A DNA stretch of 64,000 bases from Deltaproteobacteria bacterium (GTDB lineage: Bacteria; Myxococcota_A; Polyangia; HGW-17; SLPX01). How positions within the stretch are numbered: the first letter of the stretch is position 1; each line of letters begins with the position of its first letter. Made by a program: the position numbers and the translations under genes. This document shows, piece by piece, positions 49,629-60,298 of this stretch. The notes under the pieces were generated by a model, which was not told the DNA's origin, ran no database searches, and was given only the letters and a program-made list of their open reading frames with translations. The stretch spans positions 56,631-120,630 of the forward strand of contig JAGGXR010000052.1 in NCBI GenBank assembly GCA_021162935.1, written 5' to 3'.

Positions 49629-51437
49629 ATGGCCTCGTTACGAGTCTTGGTTCCTGGTCAGACCCCAAAGGTCTATCACCTCTACAAGAAGATCACGACC
49701 TTGGGAAAAATCGACGAAAACGACATCATCCTGCCGGACCCGCTCATCGGAGACACCCACGCACACATCCATTTCGACGGCAAGCAATACAACATCGCCC
49801 CCCTGTCTCGGCAGACCCCAATCTACGTCAACGGTCGCAAACGCCGCAAGTATCGTATCAAGGAGGGCGATCGCATCCGCATCGGCGGCATCGAGATGGA
49901 GTTCTATCTCAATGACGTGCCGGTGCCCGAAGAAGAAGGCGCCCCGACCATGCTCGAGGTCAATGCCTATCAGAAAATCTTCGAGTTTTCCCAGGAACTC
50001 CTCCAGGCCTATGAACTGGACAGTCTCCTGAACAGCCTGATGGATCGGGTCATCGAAATCACGAATGCAGACAAGGGATTCCTCATCCTCATGGAAGGAG
50101 AAGACCCCATCATCAAAGTGGCCCGCAATCTGCGCAGAGAGAACATCGCCGACGCCGTCCGGCAACTTTCGGACAGCATCATCGCCAAGGTCGTCCGCAC
50201 GAAGAAGCCACTCATCATCTCGGACGCCCTGTCGAACGAAGAATTTTCCAATTCGCTGTCGGTCATGAATCTGAAACTCTCTTCGGTCATGTGCGTCCCA
50301 CTGCTGGACCGGGGGAGTCTGATGGGCATCGTCTACGTAGGCAACGACAACATCGTGGACCTGTTCGAGGAGGACAGCATCGAGGTGCTCACGATCCTGG
50401 CCGCTCAGGCGTCCCTCCTGATTCGCAATGCACTGCTCGTCAACGAGTTGCAACTCGACAACAAACTCCTGTCCGGACGGCTGGAGAAAATGGTCTTCGG
50501 CGAGATCATCGGAGCCTGCCCCGCCATGCAGGAAATCTACCGCAAGGTGGACAAAATCGCCGGGACGGACATCTCCGTCCTGATCACGGGTGAAACAGGA
50601 ACCGGCAAGGAACTCATCGCCTCCGAGATCCACCGACGATCAAACCGATCTGATGGCCCGTTCGTGACCATCAACTGCGGGGCCATCCCCGAAAATCTCC
50701 TCGAATCCGAACTGTTCGGTCACGTCAAGGGAGCCTTCACAGGTGCGGTCGCCACGAAACAGGGGCGCTTCCAGCAGGCCAACGGAGGAACCCTGTTTCT
50801 GGATGAAATCGGGGAACTCCCACTCAACCTCCAGGTCAAACTCCTCAGGGCCCTCCAGGAGCACGTGGTCACGAAAGTGGGTGAAAACCGGGCTGAGAAG
50901 GTGGATATTCGCGTCATCGCGGCGACCAATCGAGACCTGGAGGAGGAAATCGGGAAAGGCGCTTTCCGAGAGGACCTTTACTACCGACTCAACGTGGTCA
51001 ATATTTTCCTGCCACCTCTTCGGGAGCGAGGCGAGGACATCGTCCTCATTGCCAAGTATCTCCTGGAAAAATACGTGGAAGAATTGGGCAGCAAATCCCG
51101 AGGATTTTCCCCCAACGCGATCATCGCAATGAAGAAGTTTCCCTGGCCCGGCAACATCCGTCAGCTCGAAAACCACATCAAGAAGGCGGTCGTCCTCTCG
51201 GACAAAGCATTACTGTCGGCCGAAGATCTCGGACTGACCTCGGAGGTCCTGGCGGACATCCTCCCCCTGGCACAGGCCAAAGAAGAATTCGCTCGTCGGT
51301 ATATCAACGAAATCCTAGCACGGAACAATGGCAATCGAACCAAGACGGCCCGCGACCTGGGAGTGGATCCCCGAACGATCTTTCGGCACCTGGAGAAGGA
51401 AGAGCAGCTCAAACAGGAAGAAACCGATCGCTGGTAG
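49629..51437 (+). CDS. Sigma-54-dependent transcriptional activator with N-terminal FHA domain and GAF domain (FHA-GAF-AAA+-Fis HTH)
   Basis: FHA-like N-terminus (…YKKITTLGKIDENDIILPDPLIGDTHAHIHFDGKQYNIAPLSRQTPIYVNGRK…RIGGIEMEF). GAF region. Sigma-54 AAA+ core: GETGTGKE, …ESELFGH…, GAFTGA, …GGTLFLDEIGELP… C-terminal HTH (…RTKTARDLGVDPRTIFR). The start coordinate follows the ORF-track frame; the displayed text appears 1 nt short near 49621. Confidence 0.85.
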   Translation: MASLRVLVPGQTPKVYHLYKKITTLGKIDENDIILPDPLIGDTHAHIHFDGKQYNIAPLSRQTPIYVNGRKRRKYRIKEGDRIRIGGIEMEFYLNDVPVPEEEGAPTMLEVNAYQKIFEFSQELLQAYELDSLLNSLMDRVIEITNADKGFLILMEGEDPIIKVARNLRRENIADAVRQLSDSIIAKVVRTKKPLIISDALSNEEFSNSLSVMNLKLSSVMCVPLLDRGSLMGIVYVGNDNIVDLFEEDSIEVLTILAAQASLLIRNALLVNELQLDNKLLSGRLEKMVFGEIIGACPAMQEIYRKVDKIAGTDISVLITGETGTGKELIASEIHRRSNRSDGPFVTINCGAIPENLLESELFGHVKGAFTGAVATKQGRFQQANGGTLFLDEIGELPLNLQVKLLRALQEHVVTKVGENRAEKVDIRVIAATNRDLEEEIGKGAFREDLYYRLNVVNIFLPPLRERGEDIVLIAKYLLEKYVEELGSKSRGFSPNAIIAMKKFPWPGNIRQLENHIKKAVVLSDKALLSAEDLGLTSEVLADILPLAQAKEEFARRYINEILARNNGNRTKTARDLGVDPRTIFRHLEKEEQLKQEETDRW

Positions 51438-51641
51438 ACGCGAACTCGAAGAGCAGTATGGGCCGACAATGACTCGCATGATGACGAAAGCCGATGACAC
51501 CATGCAGGACGAAAACGGGCAGTGTCTTGTGAAAATATTTCAGTAGCCCAGATCACGTCGTGACACCTTTGTCATACTTGGTGGGCAACGAATGACAGAC
51601 CGGCAAGGCAAAGTCCTTGTCATTTTTCAGGAATCCTGGAC

Positions 51642-52160
51642 ATGAAACTCTGGCGCGCCTCTTGCTTGTATTTCCTGTTGGTACCCGTGTTGGGCGGGTC
51701 TTGTGTATGGCCGACGAGGTTGGATGTGGAACCGGACAGCAAGGACCACGAACCTCGGATCGTCAGGAGCCTGACGGAACCGATGTTCGAGGCCAGCCTC
51801 CCGGTTCCCGGCCAAGACGAGCCCTCACCGGAACTGGACGTGTCCCTCTGCGTCTCGGAAGTCGACTTGGAGGACATCGTCAAACTCCGGGTGTACGTGG
51901 ACTACAGCCTGTCGCATCCAACCAAGCATGTTCAGGAAATGGACATCACTCCTGACGATGCCATGACCCGCGACCCAACCATCCGCTGCGTCACGGTCCG
52001 GCAGTCCGGTATCTGCACGGACACGACCCCGCCCAATACGGTGCGAATGGTGGACCTGGTCGTCGCATCCGACTGGGACAAGGACTCGGCTCCTCCGACT
52101 TATCGGGCGGCTCTGACCGGACACAGCGACTTGGTTCGCATCGAAGTAACATGCGAATAA
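51642..52160 (+). CDS. Hypothetical secreted/lipo-protein
   Basis: Signal MKLWRASCLYFLLVPVLGGSC. 172 aa, acidic, Cys pairs. No recognised family. Confidence 0.4.
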   Translation: MKLWRASCLYFLLVPVLGGSCVWPTRLDVEPDSKDHEPRIVRSLTEPMFEASLPVPGQDEPSPELDVSLCVSEVDLEDIVKLRVYVDYSLSHPTKHVQEMDITPDDAMTRDPTIRCVTVRQSGICTDTTPPNTVRMVDLVVASDWDKDSAPPTYRAALTGHSDLVRIEVTCE

Positions 52161-52223
52161 TGCATTCGCAGATTGAAGAGTACGTACGTGACTGGATTTA
52201 TTTTCGGACGAACTGACAAAACG

Positions 52224-54008
52224 ATGCAGAACAAAGCCACAGACTCCCGAACGCTTCACGGACGGCAAACCGTTCGATGGCAGGGACCGGCGGGGATCCT
52301 CTTGGCCTGCCTGGCCACCGTCCTTGGCGGCTGCCCCGCTGGACCAACCTACCAAAGGCCGACCCCGACCTGCACGACCGCCACCGACTGTCCGAACCAC
52401 CAGGTCTGCTCCTTGGACGGATACTGCTATGAACAGATTCCTTCGGACATGAAAATCGCCGTGGAATTGGTCCCCAAGCAGACGGTCAAAGACGGGGGCG
52501 ATACCCTCGTCCAGGTCGAGTTTCCCCCGGCCACGGTCACGCCCGACACAGACGGCACCGTCACGATGGTCTACCCCGACCCGATCCAACTCACAGGATC
52601 CGTCACGGTGACAGCCACAGCCATCAAACAATTCGATTTTGTGTCCTTCGAAGCAAAGGTCACACTCTGGCGCCCATCCCGCATCCCGGGTCGGCCCAGG
52701 GTCTCCTACACGGCCACCTTGGGCTTCGATGTGGCGAATCCGACGACAAGCCCCGACCAGAACGTCTCGTTCCAGATTGCGGTCCCACCTGGAACCGGGT
52801 ACTCAGCCCGCATCAGCCCCCTGGGCTACTTCGAAGACGTGTTTCCACCGATGCTCCTAACGGGACTCTCGCTCGCCAAGGATGGCCAACTCTCGGTCAC
52901 GTTCGGACAACAAAACCAATTCCGTGAAGTAACCGGCCAGGCCGTCGATGCCATGGGACAACCCACCGCGGGCGTTCTCGCGTATCTCGTGGACGCAGAC
53001 GGCAACAGGGTCTCGACCCAAAGCGCCCCAACATCGACCAATGGACGGTTCTCCTTCACCACAACAAACAAGTCAGGCACCTTCACCTTGATCCTGGAAT
53101 CGGCGACCGAAGACACGGTGATCCCCAAACTCTCCTTCCCTGTGGAACTGCTCATGGAGGACGAATCCGAAACCGAACTGGGAATCTTCTCCTACCCCGT
53201 GCTGCGAACCCCCTGTCAGTATCGATATCGTGTGATGGGTGCATCTCCATCGGGCACCCAGGAATCCGTGGCAGGCGCCATCGCACGATTCCAGACTGAT
53301 ATCACCATGGAACAGGGCCAGGCCACCTACGAAACTATGGCCACGGCGGACACCAACGGAACCCTGACCGCAAAACTCTTTCCAGGAACGAGCACGGAAA
53401 GCATCACCTATAAGGTCACCATCCTGCCCCCTGTCGATTCTCCTTATGGGCTCTCAAGCAAGGACCTCGAAGTCTCCCAATGCAGCGGAGTGGGGCCCGA
53501 TCTCGTGCTAGAACCTCGAATCTCCATCACCGGCACCGTATACTCCGATCTGGGCGGCACCACCCCGAACGTGCAGGTCAACGCCCGTCCCAGTCTCGAT
53601 ATCTCTCCGGAACTCGCCGTTTTTCTCGACTCACAGGGATACTCCATCTCCACGACGACCTCGTCCGACGGTCAGTTCAATCTCAACCTCGACCCAGGAA
53701 CCTATGACCTGGAACTCACTCCGCCCAAGGGCGCCCATCTCCCAAAGTGGATCGTCACCAACCTGAATGTGGACAGTGGCAACGCCCCCCACTCCATGAA
53801 TGTCACCATCCCGACGCCCACGATCTTCATGGGTCGGGTGGTCACCTCGACATCCAAGCCCCTGCACGATATGTCGGTTCGCGTGTATCTCGTCAAAGAC
53901 GAATGTTCAGGCTCTCGAGACGACTGCACGGACCAGACCGCGTACCTCCTGGGCCAGTCCGACCTGGACCAAGACGGCTTCTTCCAGGTCCTCCTGCCTC
54001 GCCCCTGA
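52224..54008 (+). CDS. Large lipoprotein with repeated beta-sandwich (carboxypeptidase-regulatory / Ig-like) modules
   Basis: Lipobox …LLACLATVLGGC. Thr/Ser/Gly-rich repeated ~80-aa modules (…GTVTMVYPDPIQLTGSVTVT…, …ITGTVYSDLGG…, …GTYDLELTPPKGAHL…, …FMGRVVTSTSKPLHDMSVRVYL…). Confidence 0.5.
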   Translation: MQNKATDSRTLHGRQTVRWQGPAGILLACLATVLGGCPAGPTYQRPTPTCTTATDCPNHQVCSLDGYCYEQIPSDMKIAVELVPKQTVKDGGDTLVQVEFPPATVTPDTDGTVTMVYPDPIQLTGSVTVTATAIKQFDFVSFEAKVTLWRPSRIPGRPRVSYTATLGFDVANPTTSPDQNVSFQIAVPPGTGYSARISPLGYFEDVFPPMLLTGLSLAKDGQLSVTFGQQNQFREVTGQAVDAMGQPTAGVLAYLVDADGNRVSTQSAPTSTNGRFSFTTTNKSGTFTLILESATEDTVIPKLSFPVELLMEDESETELGIFSYPVLRTPCQYRYRVMGASPSGTQESVAGAIARFQTDITMEQGQATYETMATADTNGTLTAKLFPGTSTESITYKVTILPPVDSPYGLSSKDLEVSQCSGVGPDLVLEPRISITGTVYSDLGGTTPNVQVNARPSLDISPELAVFLDSQGYSISTTTSSDGQFNLNLDPGTYDLELTPPKGAHLPKWIVTNLNVDSGNAPHSMNVTIPTPTIFMGRVVTSTSKPLHDMSVRVYLVKDECSGSRDDCTDQTAYLLGQSDLDQDGFFQVLLPRP

Positions 54009-54115
54009 TACCAGTCCTCCGTCCGGCCCCCAGCCTAGGAGGCTGGTCAGAATAAATCTGCCATCTGGAACGCCGCTCCATCCCTCCTGGCTTTGTCCCT
54101 CCTCAGTTGCGTACT

Positions 54116-54610
54116 CTACTCCACGTATTCTTCCAGCTCGTCCGAGTCCTCGTGGCTGCGCATTTTCATCAAGCCTCTCACTTCGAGCTGCCGGATTCGC
54201 TCTCGGGTCAGATTCAGAATCTCGCCCACCTCTTCGAGTGTGACCCCGCCGCGTTCCGCAACGTCCAGCGCGCAGGTCTCCTCCAGCTCCCACACATCCA
54301 AATCCGGGAAGTTCAACTTGATCGCTCCGGATTCCTTCACATCCAAGTACAGGTGGTACTTGCAGCTCACAAAGGGACAGGGCCGCAGACCGTGCCGGCA
54401 CTCGCTCCGAGTCGTGGGCTTCTCGTACTCGAAATCCTTGAGTTCCTCCTTGCGTCGGATCTCCTCCCTGGTCAGACGCCGCAGCGCTATCGTCCTGGAA
54501 CGGGCCCTCGTCCGCTTCCGGCTGCGCGTCAATTTTCGAGTAACAGTACCCTGCTCGCTGTTGCTTTGCCTCTTCATGGCCTGACTCCCTGCTTCGTGGT
54601 GAGACATCAA
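54116..54610 (-). CDS. Sigma-70 region-4-like HTH DNA-binding protein with basic N-terminus and Cys3His motif
   Basis: …[30 protein letters not shown] is a sigma-70 region-4.2-like HTH. Upstream of it is [17 protein letters not shown] (C-x7-C-x4-C-x2-H). Start overlaps the stop of the upstream gene (ATGA). Confidence 0.55.
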   Translation of the reverse strand: MMSHHEAGSQAMKRQSNSEQGTVTRKLTRSRKRTRARSRTIALRRLTREEIRRKEELKDFEYEKPTTRSECRHGLRPCPFVSCKYHLYLDVKESGAIKLNFPDLDVWELEETCALDVAERGGVTLEEVGEILNLTRERIRQLEVRGLMKMRSHEDSDELEEYVE

Positions 54611-55161
54611 AAAAAGCGGCGCGAGGCCCGTGCCGCATACAACTCATCCTCATCCGACGCCGCCGCTGGCCTCGTTTCCACGAGCCTCTTCTCGACCCCC
54701 TCCAACCGGCGGATCAGCTCCTTGGCGGTCTTTCGTGCGTCCCGTAATTCGCGCGAGGCACTCTTCTTCGTCCCCGAATCGAATCTGGGGCCGTTCAATT
54801 CCTTCCCAAACTCCCCAAACAGGTCCTCCAACGACCGCTCAACATCGTCGATCCGACCGCGGAACCGCATGACCCCCCTTTGAATCTCCTCGATCGTGTA
54901 GCCCTCCTCCATCAGCACCCGAATACTCCAGACCCGCTCCAAAATCCGATGCGGATAGATACCCTTGGACCCCTTGTGTCGGCCCTTCTGTCCCACCCGA
55001 CGGCTCCTGGGCAACAAGCCGAGCTGAACGTACTTTCGGAAGGTGGACTCACTGACTTTGATGCCGTGATCCTTGAAGAATCGAATGACCTGCTGCGATG
55101 TCAAACCGTCAGGATTCAGTTCGACGATCTTCTGGAAATCTCTTTGAATTGAAGGTGTCAC
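54607..55161 (-). CDS. MerR-like HTH DNA-binding protein (hypothetical regulator)
   Basis: …[32 protein letters not shown]… resembles the MerR-family N-terminal HTH. GTG start with an AGAGGTGAT Shine-Dalgarno. It is preceded by a 400-bp AT-rich leader. Confidence 0.45.
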   Translation of the reverse strand: MTPSIQRDFQKIVELNPDGLTSQQVIRFFKDHGIKVSESTFRKYVQLGLLPRSRRVGQKGRHKGSKGIYPHRILERVWSIRVLMEEGYTIEEIQRGVMRFRGRIDDVERSLEDLFGEFGKELNGPRFDSGTKKSASRELRDARKTAKELIRRLEGVEKRLVETRPAAASDEDELYAARASRRFF

Positions 55162-55210
55162 GATTCATCACCTCTGCGTTGCAATCGTACAGTCTCTACC
55201 CACTGTCTGC

Positions 55211-55233
55211 ATCTGATAACCTTATTATCAGAT
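55211..55233. promoter_or_regulatory. Perfect 9-bp inverted repeat (ATCTGATAA-N5-TTATCAGAT), candidate operator in the AT-rich leader of the 55161-54116 operon
   Basis: atctgataa ccttA ttatcagat, read directly, ~50 bp upstream of the GTG start on the minus strand. It overlaps TATAAT-like sequences (gataat). Confidence 0.5.
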
Positions 55234-55571
55234 GAATCTACTCAATGTTTGTCTCGAATATATTCCACTTAGTATATTCTCCACAAGGTTTTCTTCCCCT
55301 CGTATTTCCATCAACACCTGAACAGATGTCCTGGGTCTACGACATCTTGGGGCGCTCCGTCCCTAGACGCCCAACGAAGAGTGTTCCTCCCCACCAAAAT
55401 AAAATTGCTGTCTTGCAGTGAAAAAGTTGGATCAACGGGTGCAAAGCACCTTACTTGGGGTCGAAAAGTCGGATCAAAGGCTCACAAGGATGCCCGTATC
55501 TCGGCCATATATGCGCATTTCCGGACATCCTGCAAATATTTTACGATCTGACGCGGATCAGTTTTGCTGGC

Positions 55572-56078
55572 TCAGGAGTGCTCCAAACCATCCACAGGAG
55601 CGGCGGAGGGCTCATCGTTCTGCTGTGAAATCAAGGTCTTGACGCGGTCGAGCACACCGTTCACAAACGCAGCGGAACGATCCTGGCCGTACCGTCCGGC
55701 CAAGGAAACCGCCTCATCCATCACCACTGCAACGGGAACGCCCTGCTCGTACAGCAGCTCGTAGGCCCCCATCCGAAGGATGTTCAGGTCGATGGCCGCC
55801 ATCCGGGCCGTTCTCCACTCCGAGGATGCCTCCTCGATGACTTCATCCAACTCTTCGATGTGCTCCAGAATTCCGGCCACGAGGTGCTCCGTGTAGCGGT
55901 GGTCTTCTTTGGTTTGCCGCGTCTCGGCATCCGGATCGTCCAAATCGGGAAAATGACGACGAACGAGTTCCAGCGAGGAAGGTTCGCCCGTTCCGCCCAG
56001 GTGTCCAGCGAAAAGCATCTGGAGCGCTCTCTGCCTCGCTCTCGTCCTGCTGGATACGGACGTTCCCATAGGGTTCAC
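55572..56078 (-). CDS. nusB: Transcription antitermination factor NusB
   Basis: …[15 protein letters not shown]… N-terminus matches the E. coli NusB start …RRRARECAVQALY…, and …[17 protein letters not shown]…AAFVNGVLD… follows. It comes after ribH, the conserved order. Confidence 0.85.
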   Translation of the reverse strand: MNPMGTSVSSRTRARQRALQMLFAGHLGGTGEPSSLELVRRHFPDLDDPDAETRQTKEDHRYTEHLVAGILEHIEELDEVIEEASSEWRTARMAAIDLNILRMGAYELLYEQGVPVAVVMDEAVSLAGRYGQDRSAAFVNGVLDRVKTLISQQNDEPSAAPVDGLEHS

Positions 56079-56545
56079 ACGGACAACTGCGCGTAGAGGT
56101 CAACGAGTTCCATGGCCGCCATGGCGGCGTCCCATCCCTTGTTTCCGGCTTTTGTTCCTGCCCGTTCGATTGCCTGCTCGATGGTATCCGTGGTCAGGAC
56201 CCCGAAGGTAACCGGTATCTTCGAGTCGGCCGCCAGGGCGGCGACGCCCTTGGAGACCTCGGCGGATACGTACTGAAAATGAGGAGTCGCGCCCCGAATC
56301 ACCGCTCCCAAACAAACCACCGCATCGAACTTGTCGGAGGACACGGCACGACGCGCTACCGCGGGGATCTCGAAGGCGCCCGGTGTTCTGATGACGGTCA
56401 GGCCATCGTCGTCCGCGCCGGACCGACGTAGTGCGTCGAGGGCCCCTTCGAGGAGCCTCTCGGTAATGAAACTATTGAACCGAGACACGATGAGCGCAAA
56501 GCGCTTCTGCTTTGCCCCGAGCTTACCTTCAATAAACTGCGCCAT
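56075..56545 (-). CDS. ribH: 6,7-dimethyl-8-ribityllumazine synthase
   Basis: MAQFIEGKL…[20 protein letters not shown]…[11 protein letters not shown]…[18 protein letters not shown]… GGAGGAAGG Shine-Dalgarno. Overlaps the nusB start (ATGA). Confidence 0.9.
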   Translation of the reverse strand: MAQFIEGKLGAKQKRFALIVSRFNSFITERLLEGALDALRRSGADDDGLTVIRTPGAFEIPAVARRAVSSDKFDAVVCLGAVIRGATPHFQYVSAEVSKGVAALAADSKIPVTFGVLTTDTIEQAIERAGTKAGNKGWDAAMAAMELVDLYAQLSV

Positions 56546-57812
56546 TATCTTCCTTCCTCCTTGTATCCGAGGCTTTCTTCGATTCCTCACCCTGAACCGC
56601 CCCAGGGCCGTCGGATCCGACCTGGTGCTCGCCCCTTTGTCGCTTTCGATTCAGGTAGGCCAGGTTGTGTCTCGTCTCAGGCACGGGCACGGCCACCCGC
56701 TCCACCAACTCCAGGCCGTAGCCCGCCAGCCCCACCAATCGCTTTGGATTGTTCGTCATGAGTCGGATCCGCTTGACCCCAAGGTCCATGAGAATCTGGG
56801 CCCCGAGCCCGAACCCGCGAAGCGGGTTCATCCAGTCCTGCTCTGTGTGTCTGCCGTCGTCCCGATGCAGCACATGGCCATTGAATTGCTGGGCCAAACG
56901 GATCCGATGCGGCAAGATGTACAGGAGGACCCCCTTGCCCTCATCATTGATCATCTTCAAGGAACGACGGAGCAGCGTGCCGCAATCGCATCGCTGCGAA
57001 TTGAACACATCGCCGATGCAGGCCGAGTGGACCCGAACCAGGACCGACTCCTCCGGATCCCAATTTCCCAACACGAGCGCCATAAACTCGGAATTTCCCA
57101 CGACCGACCGATATACATAGGCATGGAATTCTTCGGTCAGGCCTTCGAAGCCGGGCATGTATGGGCCGTCGGCGGCCCGCTCGACGAGCGATTCCCTCTG
57201 GAGCCGATACTCGATGAGGTCGGCGATGCTCACGATAAGCACGCCATGCTCGCGGGAAAACACTTCCAGATCGGGCATCCTGGCCATGGTGCCGTCGTCC
57301 CGCATCACCTCACAGATCACCCCGGCCGGTTCGAGCCCCGCCAGTCTGGCTAGATCCACCGAACCTTCGGTTTGCCCCGTACGAACGAGCACGCCGCCCC
57401 TTTCCGCCTTCAAAGGAAAGACGTGGCCAGGGGTGACCAGGTCGTCGGATGTTGCATCCGGAGCCACGGCCGTTCGGATCGTAGTAGCGCGGTCCGCCGC
57501 ACTAATTCCGGTGCTGACGCCCCGACGCCCCTCGATGGACACGGTAAATGCCGTGCCGAAACGACTCGTGTTCCTTCCGGTCATCATGGGAAGCTGAAGC
57601 CGTTCGCATCGATCGCCGGTCATGCTCAGGCAGATGAGGCCTCTGCCGTACTTGGCCATGAAATTGATGTCCTCGGCCCGCACCTTTTCGGCGGCCATGC
57701 AGAGGTCGCCCTCGTTCTCCCGATCCTCGTCGTCCACGAGGATGACCATCTCACCTTTGGCAATGGCCTCGATCGCCTGTTCCACTTTTGCGATGGCAGA
57801 ATCCACGGGCAC
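56529..57812 (-). CDS. ribBA: Bifunctional 3,4-dihydroxy-2-butanone-4-phosphate synthase / GTP cyclohydrolase II
   Basis: The DHBP synthase half (…[15 protein letters not shown]…) is followed by the GTP cyclohydrolase II half (…[17 protein letters not shown]…). Confidence 0.9.
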   Translation of the reverse strand: MPVDSAIAKVEQAIEAIAKGEMVILVDDEDRENEGDLCMAAEKVRAEDINFMAKYGRGLICLSMTGDRCERLQLPMMTGRNTSRFGTAFTVSIEGRRGVSTGISAADRATTIRTAVAPDATSDDLVTPGHVFPLKAERGGVLVRTGQTEGSVDLARLAGLEPAGVICEVMRDDGTMARMPDLEVFSREHGVLIVSIADLIEYRLQRESLVERAADGPYMPGFEGLTEEFHAYVYRSVVGNSEFMALVLGNWDPEESVLVRVHSACIGDVFNSQRCDCGTLLRRSLKMINDEGKGVLLYILPHRIRLAQQFNGHVLHRDDGRHTEQDWMNPLRGFGLGAQILMDLGVKRIRLMTNNPKRLVGLAGYGLELVERVAVPVPETRHNLAYLNRKRQRGEHQVGSDGPGAVQGEESKKASDTRRKEDNGAVY

Positions 57813-57815
57813 CTC

Positions 57816-58472
57816 CTATTGGGCCCCAAAGCCGAATCGACTTAGGGTTTCTCTATCGACTCCTGAAGATGAGTCTGCTGTGCCCCGCTCCCCCACCAAT
57901 CCTTCCACGTACTTTGCAATGACGTCCGCTTCGATGTTCACCTCGCGCCCCACGTCCAGGCGTTCCAGGGTCGTGGCCTTCAAAGTGTGTGGCACGAGGC
58001 TGACGGTGAAACTGGTCGCCGTGACACCCGCCACGGTCAGGCTCACCCCATCGACGGCGACCGACCCCTTTTCCACGATGTAGCGACGCAATGAGGCAGG
58101 CACCTCGACCTCGACCAGGACCGCCGGGCCCACGCGCCGTCCCGAACGAACACGGCCCACCCCATCCACGTGCCCCTGCACGAGATGGCCGTCGATCCGG
58201 TCTCCGACCCGCAATGGTCGCTCCAGGTTCACGCGCCCACCGACGGGCAGCCTCCCGAGCACCGTGCGGGACAGGGTCTCCGAGACGACCTCCAGGCTGA
58301 CGCGCCCATGGGTGACGTCCACTGCCGTCAGGCAGACACCGTTCACGGCGAGGCTGTCTCCGACCTTCATGGTCTCTTCGGCCAGAACGGTCGAAAGGGT
58401 CAAGGTGGCGAAGTCTCCCGCCCGACTCAGGGACAAAACCTGACCCACGTCTTGGATCAACCCGGTAAACAT
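57816..58472 (-). CDS. ribE: Riboflavin synthase (alpha subunit)
   Basis: [10 protein letters not shown]… with duplicated lumazine-binding halves (…[13 protein letters not shown]… and …[12 protein letters not shown]…). Confidence 0.85.
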   Translation of the reverse strand: MFTGLIQDVGQVLSLSRAGDFATLTLSTVLAEETMKVGDSLAVNGVCLTAVDVTHGRVSLEVVSETLSRTVLGRLPVGGRVNLERPLRVGDRIDGHLVQGHVDGVGRVRSGRRVGPAVLVEVEVPASLRRYIVEKGSVAVDGVSLTVAGVTATSFTVSLVPHTLKATTLERLDVGREVNIEADVIAKYVEGLVGERGTADSSSGVDRETLSRFGFGAQ

Positions 58473-58644
58473 GACACGTTCCATCTCATCGAAATGGCCT
58501 CGCCCGGCACGTCGTTCAACAAAACGCCTTACCGCGACGCTCGTCCTTCACGGACGACACGAGCCCGAAACTCGCTCAGCTTGTACCATCGGTACCGCGA
58601 CCACGCAAGGCCGACAGGCCGGTCCGATTTCCCAAAGCGGTCTG

Positions 58645-59781
58645 TCACTCTGCATCGTCCCACCTGGGCACCCCTTGTATCACCACGTCTCTGCCGAAAC
58701 GACGCACTTCCACCTCGTCCAGGTCCCTTGCCTCCTGCATGTTCTCGGCCCCGAGACCGCCGATGGCGGGCTTCGCATCCTGGCCTCCAATCACGCGAGG
58801 CGCCACGGCCACGATCAAACGATCCACGAGGCGCGCGTCCCAAAAAGCACCATGGACCGAAGCCCCGCCCTCCACGAGGAGACGAAGCACGTCTTCCTCC
58901 CCCAATTTCCGGGTCAACGCATCGAGGTCCACCTTGCCGTTCCGCCCAGGCAGACGCCACACTTCCGCCCCCAAACCCTCGACTGCAGCCACCCTGCTCT
59001 GGGCAACCTCGTCGGTCGTGGCGACCACCACGCGGGGAACACCATCGTCCGATCGCCGAAACAATCGAGCATCGGCTGGCAGGTCCAACGAACCACTCAA
59101 CACGACCCGCATGGGGTCGCGTCCGCCCCGCCTGCGACAGGTCAATCTCGGATCGTCGGTCCGAACCGTACCGGCTCCCACCAGCACGGCGTCACATTGA
59201 TCTCTGAGACGATGCGCCTCGGCCAGGAATTTTGGGCCCGAGATCCAACTACTGTGACCGGTTTTGGTGGCAATGCGCCCGTCGATGGACATGGCGATCT
59301 TCGACGTCACGTGACATCGCCCCTCGGTGATCCTTCGGGCAAAGCCCTCGATCACCCTGATGCACCGGCCCTCGGCCACGCCCGAGACCACTTCGATCCC
59401 GGCGTCCCGCAGCCGACGCAGGCCCCGGCCGGAAACCTGTGGATTCGGGTCCTGAGTGCCCACAACCACGCGTCGGATCCCCGAAGCAATGATGGCTCTC
59501 GTACAAGGAGGCGTCCGCCCTTGATGGTCACAGGGTTCGAGGGTCACGAAGAGTTCGGCGTCCCTGGCCCGCTCGCCCGCTTGCCTGAGTGCCAGCACCT
59601 CGGCATGGGGCTCTCCTGCCCGATGATGATATCCACGTCCAAGAATCTCGTCGCCACGCACCACGAGGGCACCGACGGGAGGATTTGGGCTCGTCCTGCC
59701 CAGGCCACGGCGGGCGAGCCTCAACGCCTCCATCATCAGACGTTGATCCCGAAGAGCCTGTTGCGACTGCCTACCAGCCAT
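58645..59781 (-). CDS. ribD: Bifunctional diaminohydroxyphosphoribosylaminopyrimidine deaminase / 5-amino-6-(5-phosphoribosylamino)uracil reductase
   Basis: Deaminase zinc motifs HAEV…LEPCDHQGRTPPC, plus a C-terminal reductase domain (…ISGPKFLAEAHRLRDQCDAVLVGAGTV…). Start at Met 59781 (MAGRQSQ…). Confidence 0.85.
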   Translation of the reverse strand: MAGRQSQQALRDQRLMMEALRLARRGLGRTSPNPPVGALVVRGDEILGRGYHHRAGEPHAEVLALRQAGERARDAELFVTLEPCDHQGRTPPCTRAIIASGIRRVVVGTQDPNPQVSGRGLRRLRDAGIEVVSGVAEGRCIRVIEGFARRITEGRCHVTSKIAMSIDGRIATKTGHSSWISGPKFLAEAHRLRDQCDAVLVGAGTVRTDDPRLTCRRRGGRDPMRVVLSGSLDLPADARLFRRSDDGVPRVVVATTDEVAQSRVAAVEGLGAEVWRLPGRNGKVDLDALTRKLGEEDVLRLLVEGGASVHGAFWDARLVDRLIVAVAPRVIGGQDAKPAIGGLGAENMQEARDLDEVEVRRFGRDVVIQGVPRWDDAE

Positions 59782-59824
59782 GCTGCTCCTCGCATGCCCT
59801 GTCACCCGACGCGATTGGGCGAGG

Positions 59825-60298
59825 CTATGGCTGCCCCGGGCCTTCTCGCCTGGCCAGCAGAGCCTCGAGTTCGTTGACGAATTGCGTGACATCTCGAAAA
59901 GACCGATACACAGAGGCGAAGCGCACGTACGCCACCTCGTCCATGTCCCGCAAGCGCTCCATGATCCGTTCCCCGAGGAACACCGCCGTTACTTCGCGAT
60001 CGCCGGCCTCGGCAACCTCTCGGGCCACCTCGTCCACCAGTTCCTCGATCTCGGTGACGGACACGGGACGCTTCTGGAAGGCCTTCTTCAGGCCATCAAC
60101 GATCTTCTCGCGCAGAAACGGCTCCCGACGGCCATCCTTTTTGATGACCATGGGCATCTGCTCCTCGATGCGTTCATAAGTCGTGAATCGCCTGCCACAG
60201 GCCAGGCACTCGCGACGGCGACGAATGGCCGCGCCGTTCTTGCTCAGTCTGGAATCGATGACCTTGTCCTGCAGGTCACCGCATGCGGGACATTTCAT
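59825..60298 (-). CDS. nrdR: Transcriptional repressor NrdR
   Basis: MKCPACGD…[12 protein letters not shown] zinc ribbon plus an ATP-cone (…[11 protein letters not shown]…). Confidence 0.9.
   Translation of the reverse strand: MKCPACGDLQDKVIDSRLSKNGAAIRRRRECLACGRRFTTYERIEEQMPMVIKKDGRREPFLREKIVDGLKKAFQKRPVSVTEIEELVDEVAREVAEAGDREVTAVFLGERIMERLRDMDEVAYVRFASVYRSFRDVTQFVNELEALLARREGPGQP

Noticed and set aside
49615-49670. Apparent 1-nt discrepancy between displayed sequence and ORF-track frames (aaggaggtacgg read versus aggagggtacgg required by both the + and - ORFs)
   Set aside because: Most likely my own reading or indexing slip of the text. Coordinates agree again by 50065. I followed the ORF-track frame for the sigma-54 activator start (49629) and did not interpret this as a frameshift.
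51440-51640. Possible sigma-54 (-24/-12) promoter upstream of 51642
   Set aside because: The best candidate (cGGcaaggcaaagtccTTGtca) deviates from TGGCAC-N5-TTGCW in both boxes. It is mentioned in findings only as weak.
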